Sequence record: NC_070952.1
Direction: 5' to 3' (one strand)
DNA: 64,000 bases
The position numbers were made by a program, and so were the translations under genes. Below the pieces are notes generated by a model, which saw only the letters and a list, made by a program, of their open reading frames with translations, was not told where the DNA came from and ran no database searches. Below are positions 56,625 to 64,000 of this stretch, piece after piece; positions within the stretch are counted from its first letter, which is position 1, and each line of letters opens with the position of its first letter.

Positions 56625-57434
56625 ATGTCTTTCCCTCAAGATCAGATCCAACGCCGTCCGCAGACCATGTTCAACGATTTCCGCTACCCGATGCCTACTT
56701 CTGACAAACCAGTTGAAGGTGCTAAGTACCCGGCTCGCTGGACCTGGGAATGTGGCTTGAACGGCAACATCTATTTCAAAGTCAACGACGGTGTTTGGGG
56801 TCGTGATGATAAGAACGCCAAAAGCAAAGAAGTTGAACTGAGCTGGGCTGACCGTGGTGCACTGTTTGGTCTGATGGAAGAAGCCATCCGTAATCCAGAC
56901 TTCACCAAATCACAGTACGTGGTTAAGAAGACAGTATTTGGTAACGGCGGTCGTATGAATGACCACCCATCCGTACTGGCTACCTTTACGGTTATCCGTG
57001 ACAGCGATGGTCGTATTCTGGTGGGTTACACCAAAGGCACCTATAAAGTGATGTTCCCATTCACCTCTCCATTCGACTCGGTTATCCTGGTTGCAAGCAA
57101 TGGCGGTGAACCTGTAGAAAACCGTGGCCTGATGTCACGTGTCTACTGTAAAGCCTTTATCGACTTCTCCAAAGTTAAGCTGGACGATTACGAGTTTAAT
57201 AACTTTAAACCTCGTGAGAAGAAAGGTGATAACGCTGGGGCTGGTAATAACAACCAGGGCGGTAATCGCGGGGGAAACAGCAGCTGGGGTGGCAACAGCA
57301 ATTCCGGAAGCCAGGGCGGAGGCAATTCAAGCTGGAACGGAAATGGTGGTGGTAACTCCAATAGCGGCGGCAGCACTGGCGGTCAAACTCGTCAAGCTCC
57401 ACCACAAGAATTTGATGATGAAATCGACTTCTAA
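56625..57434 (+). CDS. chmC: ChmC-like single-stranded nucleic-acid-binding protein
   Basis: Folded N-terminal domain plus G/N/S-rich disordered tail ending EFDDEIDF; two genes upstream of PicA-like gene. Confidence 0.65.
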   Translation: MSFPQDQIQRRPQTMFNDFRYPMPTSDKPVEGAKYPARWTWECGLNGNIYFKVNDGVWGRDDKNAKSKEVELSWADRGALFGLMEEAIRNPDFTKSQYVVKKTVFGNGGRMNDHPSVLATFTVIRDSDGRILVGYTKGTYKVMFPFTSPFDSVILVASNGGEPVENRGLMSRVYCKAFIDFSKVKLDDYEFNNFKPREKKGDNAGAGNNNQGGNRGGNSSWGGNSNSGSQGGGNSSWNGNGGGNSNSGGSTGGQTRQAPPQEFDDEIDF

Positions 57435-57612
57435 TAAGTAACCTCTTTTAGAGAGTATCCCTCACGGGATACTCTCTAGTTACTATGTTGTCTTTTAATA
57501 AAAACAGTAGTCACAATCAATAGGTCACTAATCTCTTCTTTTATATAACTCTAAATTATCTTAAGCAGATATTATTAGAGTGTATAACCCATAATAGTTT
57601 TGGAGAATAACT

Positions 57613-59244
57613 ATGCTATATCTTACTCGTATGTCGGGTAAAAAGAATATTGACGGGATCATTGTACAACACAATGGCGAAGAGATCGTCTTCAGTGGCG
57701 GACAGAAAGTTAACGGTGGCGATGCCAACCAAGAACTGTTCGAGTATCTCAATGAGTTCTTCCAAGGTTGTATCCCAGCAAAATTGGATACCTTGTGGAA
57801 GCTGCTAAAAGAAGGTAAACGCATTCTGGCTCCAGGTTATTTCGATGAACCTGAAACCGACCAACTTATCGAGCTGCGTAAAAACAATCAGGATTATAAG
57901 TTCCTGACTGAGCGGTTAGAAAAAGTCATCAATGAAATCTATCGTGAATTCCCACCGGCTGATGTGGTGTATGGTGCGACGGTTACCGGACGCACTCAAG
58001 CACCGAAAGATCTGATGGCGATGTCTCAACTGGGTGACTATCCAGAAGAAACAACGATCGATGAACGTAAATATGCTGAGCTGGTTAAACTTGCTTTTGC
58101 AACCCAACTCTGTTTCCCAATCGTTAACCAATTGCTTGACCATGTTTCCATCATGACAGGTAAGGATAACAAAGACGCTGTAGCGGGCGAACATCTGATT
58201 TCCCATATCAGGCCGTTAACCGACATGGCGGGCTGGAAGATTCTTGATGTTTATGTCCGGGCATCGTGCATGCGTCAGGAAGCACGCCGTAACAGTATTG
58301 CGGTTGTCAGTGATGTCAAGTACATTAACTACATCGTGTATAAAGGTCTGTTCAACAAGCTGTGTCTGACCTTCTTACCAAGCAAGATCAACGGTAAGAA
58401 CTTGTCGAAAGAGTTGAACTCACTGGTTGAAGGTGAAATCCGTGGCGGAGCTGACGTGAAGTTCAAAACGTACAGCGATCCAAAGCCAGGGTCTGATGAC
58501 CAATCTATTCCAGAAAGCTATCGCATTACTCAGGCGGTAAACGGAACGGATGAAATGGCACAGGCAGAGTACTTCACGTTCAACTTGTACAACGAAGAAA
58601 ACTCAACAGATCAATACGGGAATCCGACAACAATCTGGGTGAAGAAGAATAAAGACTTCTTCTATCATCAGTGTACCGGGTTTGGAATCAAAAACCAGAA
58701 GTTGGCTGAGAAGTTATTCAACACACTTCCCCGTATCTGGAATTTCCGTTTGACCCTGATTCATCTGAAACTCCTACAATTAACCTTCCGGGGTGATATC
58801 AACTATAACTTGTACCCAGCGTTGAAGTATGACCAGTTAATGGCAGCAATCTGTCTGGCACAAGTGAAGTTGTTTGAGATGGGCTTTGAACATCTGGCAC
58901 AGTTGTGTTCGGTCGTTCGTAACCCAAGTTATCCGACCGTGTTCTTGGACGATGACTTTAAACTCAACACCAAAGATCGTGATGGCTTAGTGGAGATGTG
59001 TGACATTTATGTCGGACAGTCTACTTCCAGCACAGATAACATCCTGGTAAAATCTGTAACCGATCTCCTGGATGAACTCAGTACATCCGGCTGGGATTCC
59101 ACCATTGAACCTGGTCTTCTTGGTGATGAACAATTCGTGGCGTTAATGTCGACCGGTCAAATGTATCAGGTTGATCTTCTTCCCGCCATCAAGCGTGAAC
59201 TCATCGAACTTATCAAACAGTCAAATACTTTAGAGGTAGAATAA
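57613..59244 (+). CDS. nvRNAP promoter-recognition subunit (phiKZ gp68-like)
   Basis: 543 aa, early promoter at 57568, position between ChmC and PicA. Confidence 0.65.
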   Translation: MLYLTRMSGKKNIDGIIVQHNGEEIVFSGGQKVNGGDANQELFEYLNEFFQGCIPAKLDTLWKLLKEGKRILAPGYFDEPETDQLIELRKNNQDYKFLTERLEKVINEIYREFPPADVVYGATVTGRTQAPKDLMAMSQLGDYPEETTIDERKYAELVKLAFATQLCFPIVNQLLDHVSIMTGKDNKDAVAGEHLISHIRPLTDMAGWKILDVYVRASCMRQEARRNSIAVVSDVKYINYIVYKGLFNKLCLTFLPSKINGKNLSKELNSLVEGEIRGGADVKFKTYSDPKPGSDDQSIPESYRITQAVNGTDEMAQAEYFTFNLYNEENSTDQYGNPTTIWVKKNKDFFYHQCTGFGIKNQKLAEKLFNTLPRIWNFRLTLIHLKLLQLTFRGDINYNLYPALKYDQLMAAICLAQVKLFEMGFEHLAQLCSVVRNPSYPTVFLDDDFKLNTKDRDGLVEMCDIYVGQSTSSTDNILVKSVTDLLDELSTSGWDSTIEPGLLGDEQFVALMSTGQMYQVDLLPAIKRELIELIKQSNTLEVE

Positions 59245-59246
59245 TC

Positions 59247-60785
59247 ATGAGCGGTATTCAATTAGTCAGTGCAAAAGTAGGTCTCACCAACTATTATCAT
59301 AATCAAGTTGTTCGTAATCCGGCGATGGATATCCCAACGCAAATGATCGACCAGCTGACTTTTGAGAATCACTCTGGTGGTGTTAAAGGTACGACGCTGA
59401 TGCATACCGCTGTAATGTCTGGCGGCCTGAGTGCACAACCAAGTGACCATGCTTACATCCAAGGTGGTTGGGGTGAATCCAAAGGTCTGATGATGATGGA
59501 CTTCACTACTCAAGACAGCCCGGCGTTTATTGAGTATATGCATGTATTGGGCTACGTGTCCAATAACGCATCTCTTGAAGGTCTGACCATGGATGCAATC
59601 TTCCATCCAGTCATGTCTTGGAAAACCCAGGAAACAGTAACCAGTAACTTTGGTGACATTGCCAATCCAACCAGCATCCAACGCAAGATCGGTCAGCGTA
59701 CAGATTACATGTATAATGACGGCACCGGCGGCCAAGGGTTGGTAACCTTGCGTCCTTCTGATGTTATCGAATATGGTCTGGAATCTGCCAGTCGTAACAG
59801 CATCATTGATCGCATGGATGACGAAGGTCTGGAAGGGTTCAATCCAGTTGTTAATCCAGCGAATGCTTCTATTGACCGTGCCGGCGTTATTGCATCTAAG
59901 CGTGCCAACACCAACCCAGTTAACTATGCATCTGATATCCTGAAAGCCGGTGTGGATTTCCAGGCCAGTAAACTGATGTCAGGTAATAGCCTGATGGACG
60001 CAGGTCAGAGTCAGTTTGACGGCCTGTTCGGTGAACTGAATACCCTGGGTTATCAAGCACAACAATCTGAACCCCAGATTCTGCGTGACAACTTCTTCCG
60101 TGAAATGATGCAGCAGTTGGGTGTTCAACAGTCCCGTGGTTTTAACGGTTACAGTATCGCCGATTTGTTACTGGGCTTTGAAAACCTGAACGACGTGTTG
60201 GACTTGACCTTCATGAACGCTGAACAGTTCACTGTGGAAGATTACACTCTGAACACTGAACAGTTTGGTACCTCCAGTTATGCTGAGATCATTGCATCTG
60301 AGCTGGAAGCCAACATGTTGGACTTGATGCTGAAGTTTGGTCTGAACATCATTTCCTTTAAAGGTTCTAACTGTGACAACTTCGGTGGTGACGGCGGTTT
60401 AGATAACATCGTTATTCTGCCGTATAACCCATCTTCGCTTCAGCAAGATGACTTCCAGTTGGGTCAACGTTGTGATGCATTTGTCGAAGCCCTGCGTACC
60501 CAGATCTTTACTCGCCTGAACGGCCTGAACATCAACCAGATGACTCCTATCCGTTTCAATGTTACAGCTGAGCTGTTTGGTACCACTGTTATCGATGTGA
60601 TGATCGTGGACAACAACAACATGGGCGCTGCATTCAGTATGGAAGACACCAACGCACCTGTGGGTATTGTGCGTTCATTCCCAACGTTTGCAATTAATAC
60701 TACCAGTCCTATCTTAGGTACCAGTGAGTCTGCACAGGTAGCTGGTTCTAACTTCTTCTCCAACATCGAGAGCTATTTCCAATGA
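59247..60785 (+). CDS. picA: PicA/Imp1 nuclear-shell import factor (phiKZ gp69-like)
   Basis: 512 aa, conserved position after gp68-like gene. Confidence 0.6.
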   Translation: MSGIQLVSAKVGLTNYYHNQVVRNPAMDIPTQMIDQLTFENHSGGVKGTTLMHTAVMSGGLSAQPSDHAYIQGGWGESKGLMMMDFTTQDSPAFIEYMHVLGYVSNNASLEGLTMDAIFHPVMSWKTQETVTSNFGDIANPTSIQRKIGQRTDYMYNDGTGGQGLVTLRPSDVIEYGLESASRNSIIDRMDDEGLEGFNPVVNPANASIDRAGVIASKRANTNPVNYASDILKAGVDFQASKLMSGNSLMDAGQSQFDGLFGELNTLGYQAQQSEPQILRDNFFREMMQQLGVQQSRGFNGYSIADLLLGFENLNDVLDLTFMNAEQFTVEDYTLNTEQFGTSSYAEIIASELEANMLDLMLKFGLNIISFKGSNCDNFGGDGGLDNIVILPYNPSSLQQDDFQLGQRCDAFVEALRTQIFTRLNGLNINQMTPIRFNVTAELFGTTVIDVMIVDNNNMGAAFSMEDTNAPVGIVRSFPTFAINTTSPILGTSESAQVAGSNFFSNIESYFQ

Positions 60786-62260
60786 ACAAATTAAACAAAC
60801 TGTACGAAGCAATGCTGAAATCCTGGGGCTGTAAGTTTGCTGAAGATCACGCTATCGTACTGACTATGTCCGGTGTTGATGTTCCGGTTAAAGTCGACGG
60901 TAAACAGACTTATCTTCCGACGTCTGAAAACTTGAATGGCGTGACTATCGGGAAAGTGTTCTTCCATCCGGCATGTGAGTCTATCATGTCGAAAGAAACC
61001 GAAGTCTTTAAAGTGGTTCGTAAACTGACCGCAGCTAAGATCTATGCTGTCTTCCAACCGATCTTTGAAGTTATCTTAAATGTGGCTTCCAAGAAATCAG
61101 GTAAAACCCTGAGCGGTAAAATGCTGGAACAGCTGGAACCTTTCAAGTCTGTTACCAAAACCGTTAAGCAAGAAGTTAACGACGTTATCAAAACTATCTC
61201 GATTGATATCGAAGACCAGGGTATTGATTCTCGTCTGATTAACTTCTCCCTGATTAAGGGTGGTAAAACTGACAACGACGAAACCGCCTATTATACAGCA
61301 ACGCCTTCTTTCCCGTTCTACGGTGAACTGTATCGCGTAGTCAGTCAGAACGAACATCTGAAGCCGTCTGACCGCCTGAGCTTTAATGGTCAGAATGTTT
61401 CTTTGCAAGCACTGAACATCGTTATTGCATTGTTCGAACTGGCGATGCCGGCGTGTATAGATCCATCCCGTAAGAAGTATTCGTCTACTTCTCCAGACGC
61501 TGCCCGTTTGATTGCGTATCTGCATTCTTATGGTCTGGTTGCTTCTGACCTGAACAGTTTGATCGGTAAGTTCCGTAAAGAGTTTGACTCTATTGGGATT
61601 TACGGTATCGACCTGGATTGGATCTCTGACCTCGATGAAATCGGTGAACTGAAATCCCTGATCCCGGCTCTGGATTATAACAACTATAATCTGACCGCAT
61701 CTCCGGAAACAGCAAACTCCATCAACGTCAACCGCATCAGCAGCTTTAACCCAGCGCTGGGAATGTTCAACCCAACGGGCAATAACCAGCAAAACCAGAA
61801 TGTCCAGATTCAGCAGCCCGCTCAGAATAACCAACCAAAGGTCCCGGATTCCCGTCCTGGTGAGAATTACATCGGTTGTGAATATTCTCCGTCTAACGGA
61901 ATTTATGAATATAAGTTCCAGCAGTCAAACGGCATGGTGCGTGTAAAACGTCTGGCTGAAGACGGTCGGTTCATCTCTGAAGATGTTCAAATGCCACAGA
62001 TGAATAATGGTAACAACATGGGAATGAACATGAATCCCATGATGATGAACATGATGAATATGATGAACAACCCAATGATGAACAATGGATTAGTTCCACT
62101 GGTCGGCATGGGTATGGGTAACCAAGGTGCTTTTGTCCGTGATCCATATAGCAACAACATGGTTCCGAGCAACGGCATGGTCACCAATAATGGCCTGAAC
62201 AACAATTCATTCCCTCAGGATAATGGATTGTTTTCTGGCGGCGTTAACAACGGTTATTAA
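60782..62260 (+). CDS. Conserved core protein (phiKZ gp70-like) with Asn/Met-rich low-complexity tail
   Basis: 492 aa; C-terminal QMNNGNNMGMNMNPMMMNMMNMMNNPMMNN. Confidence 0.6.
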   Translation: MNKLNKLYEAMLKSWGCKFAEDHAIVLTMSGVDVPVKVDGKQTYLPTSENLNGVTIGKVFFHPACESIMSKETEVFKVVRKLTAAKIYAVFQPIFEVILNVASKKSGKTLSGKMLEQLEPFKSVTKTVKQEVNDVIKTISIDIEDQGIDSRLINFSLIKGGKTDNDETAYYTATPSFPFYGELYRVVSQNEHLKPSDRLSFNGQNVSLQALNIVIALFELAMPACIDPSRKKYSSTSPDAARLIAYLHSYGLVASDLNSLIGKFRKEFDSIGIYGIDLDWISDLDEIGELKSLIPALDYNNYNLTASPETANSINVNRISSFNPALGMFNPTGNNQQNQNVQIQQPAQNNQPKVPDSRPGENYIGCEYSPSNGIYEYKFQQSNGMVRVKRLAEDGRFISEDVQMPQMNNGNNMGMNMNPMMMNMMNMMNNPMMNNGLVPLVGMGMGNQGAFVRDPYSNNMVPSNGMVTNNGLNNNSFPQDNGLFSGGVNNGY

Positions 62261-62282
62261 TCTCTAAACGAAAAGTAAATAA

Positions 62283-62310
62283 CTACTCCCTACGATATCG
62301 TAGGGAGTAG
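62283..62310. terminator. Perfect 28-bp palindrome / bidirectional terminator
   Basis: CTACTCCCTACGATATCGTAGGGAGTAG between convergent genes. Confidence 0.75.
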
Positions 62311-62327
62311 CATTACTGTTTAATTTT

Positions 62328-62672
62328 TTATTGTCGAACGGTACGTGTACTCTGAATCAGTAAATCAATTTGTTCGTAAGTAACTGTGTAGATACCTTTA
62401 AGGTGAGAAAAATCTTGATTGGGGTTTTCAATTCCGTTGATAAAGGAAATCGTCCAAATTAATTCTTCTGGGATTGCAGTCATCCCGCTGGTACTGGTTC
62501 GTAACTGGCGTAGGAATTTATGGAAGTTGTACCGGTATGCGTATTTAATACCGAGTTCTAAAAATGGAGTATATGAGGCGTTCTTAAGTAAGACCTCTTT
62601 GCAAGATCGCACTATGACCTTGTATTCGTCGGTGTAGTAATAAGAATCACCGCCAGTATAAGGAAGGGGCAT
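62328..62672 (-). CDS. Small conserved hypothetical protein
   Basis: 114 aa, GGAG RBS, divergent from RNAP beta. Confidence 0.6.
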   Translation of the reverse strand: MPLPYTGGDSYYYTDEYKVIVRSCKEVLLKNASYTPFLELGIKYAYRYNFHKFLRQLRTSTSGMTAIPEELIWTISFINGIENPNQDFSHLKGIYTVTYEQIDLLIQSTRTVRQ

Positions 62673-62753
62673 TCTGAATCTCCAATAATTTTCGCGCCAA
62701 AGATAATCAAGCAGATATTATCTTTATGTATAATAAAAGAGGTGTCATGCAAC

Positions 62754-64000
62754 ATGGATAAGCACAATCAGATTAAACCGAATACGGCAGGTGTCGCTAT
62801 CGGTATGAACACTAACAGAGCAACCAACTCTTCCTCACGCTTGTATATGCTCGGGAAGAACCAAGGTAAAGCGGCTGTTATCCACGGTACCACAAACCGT
62901 AAGTATATTTCTGGTGATGAACAAGAGTATACGAAAGGCGCCCGTAAAGTAGAAACAGAGTCTGATGTAGAAGTTGAAGAGATTCTGTTTGTTCGAGATA
63001 TCGTTAATGAAAAGGAACCTACTCAGTGGGGTTCTCACTTCGTTATTGTAAAGGATCTCGAAACCGGACTTTACGACGTAATCGAATTGTCTAAGTTTCA
63101 CGCTCAAAATATGGATCTTGGCTTTGAGTTTAAATACGACAAAGACTTGCTCCGCTCGATTCATAAAGGTGCACGATTCCGTAAAGGGACGGTATTTGCA
63201 ACGTCTGCTCGTATCACCGAAAGTAATGAGTGGGTACCTGGTGCCGAAACCAAAGTAGCTGCAATGTCCCACGTTTATACCGAAGAGGATGCCGTTGTTA
63301 TCTTTGAGCATTATGCAAAGAAGATCGGCGTTACTTTCAAACGCAGTCATGACTTCCAGTGGAATGAGGATGAGTATATTCCGTTGAACCTTTATGGGAC
63401 AATCGATCATCCACAACCTTTCCCACTGTCTGGTGAAACTGTGCGTGCTGACGGTATCGTTATGGGTTTTCGTCGTAAGGATGCGGATTCAGCGATGGCC
63501 GGTCTTACCAAGAAAGCATTGATGGAACCGGATGACATTTATGATATCTTATTCCACAGCAGTGCTAACTGTGTGGTTGCCGATATTGAAGTTTCCACCG
63601 AGCGTTATAAAAACGTCTCGAACAACAAACGTGCTGAGAAACGCAGTCAACCCCATACGGCTATTCTGGAACGTATTGAAGAAGCGCAGAATGCTTTTGC
63701 TAACTCCGTTGTTAAATGGTTTAAGGAAAAGCAGAAAGTATATAAAGACAAGAAAGTTCCAATCTCTCGTGCACTGTGGAACTTGATCTGCTTTAACGGT
63801 ATGGGGGATATCACCCGTGACTTCAGTACACCGAACAGTCAGGGTCGTTATAACAAGGTTAAACGTAAAACCGGTAATATCCAATTGAAAGATTGGCGTA
63901 TCCGTATTCACCTTCGTGAAGATGTAGAAGGGAAAACGCGATTCAAGAACACCGGGATGGACGGTAACAAATCGATCATCATGAAGGTTCTGCCTTCACA
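62754..64000 (+). CDS. Non-virion RNA polymerase beta C-terminal subunit (phiKZ gp71-73-like), truncated by window end; not in ORF track
   Basis: Translated by hand: MDKHNQIKP...NSSSRLYMLGKNQGKA (cf. DANRALMGSNMQRQA), HVYTEEDAVVI, KNTGMDGNKSIIMKVLP (cf. GRHGNKGVISKILP); early promoter at 62714. Confidence 0.88.
   Translation, partial: MDKHNQIKPNTAGVAIGMNTNRATNSSSRLYMLGKNQGKAAVIHGTTNRKYISGDEQEYTKGARKVETESDVEVEEILFVRDIVNEKEPTQWGSHFVIVKDLETGLYDVIELSKFHAQNMDLGFEFKYDKDLLRSIHKGARFRKGTVFATSARITESNEWVPGAETKVAAMSHVYTEEDAVVIFEHYAKKIGVTFKRSHDFQWNEDEYIPLNLYGTIDHPQPFPLSGETVRADGIVMGFRRKDADSAMAGLTKKALMEPDDIYDILFHSSANCVVADIEVSTERYKNVSNNKRAEKRSQPHTAILERIEEAQNAFANSVVKWFKEKQKVYKDKKVPISRALWNLICFNGMGDITRDFSTPNSQGRYNKVKRKTGNIQLKDWRIRIHLREDVEGKTRFKNTGMDGNKSIIMKVLPS

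Noticed and set aside
62747-62761. Mini-ORF ATG CAA CAT GGA TAA overlapping the RNAP beta start
   Set aside because: The SD spacing fits the downstream ATG (62754); no evidence of regulation.
50052-64000. Introns in nvRNAP genes, as in phiKZ gp55/gp71-73
   Set aside because: The beta-prime-N ORF is continuous and the visible part of beta is open to the window end.
1-64000. CRISPR array, integrase/transposase, rRNA, and the many short antisense ORFs nested in long genes
   Set aside because: No regularly spaced repeats or mobile-element motifs seen; nested antisense ORFs are shadows of the real coding frames.

Overview
This window is a 64-kb segment of a nucleus-forming jumbo phage genome (phiKZ-like, Chimalliviridae), probably infecting an enterobacterium. 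From left to right it holds five blocks. (1) A virion/packaging block at 1-16.2 kb: tail tube, tail sheath, three structural genes, large terminase and dTMP kinase, interrupted by two early-promoter cassettes that share an identical 54-bp promoter. (2) A 5-kb RNA-rich island at 16.3-21.3 kb: a ~1-kb ORF-free structured region, a glutaredoxin followed by a 45-aa NrdA-tail-like CxxC peptide, a tRNA-Cys on a tRNA-Tyr-type scaffold followed by two tightly packed non-canonical tRNA-like cloverleaves and a terminator, and a ~500-nt hairpin-rich leader exposing an anti-Shine-Dalgarno loop. (3) About 30 small early/accessory genes at 21.3-36.2 kb, including several paralog sets. (4) An AmsF/WceF-like beta-helix protein and PhuZ tubulin. 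(5) The phage-nucleus core block: B-family DNA polymerase subunit, chimallin ChmA, nvRNAP beta-prime-N, SbcD/Mre11 nuclease, ChmC, gp68-like subunit, PicA and nvRNAP beta (runs off the right end). An Acb1-like phosphodiesterase with a Tad1-like N-terminal domain is inserted in this block. Protein assignments come from recognised motifs and remembered synteny; no database searches were run.
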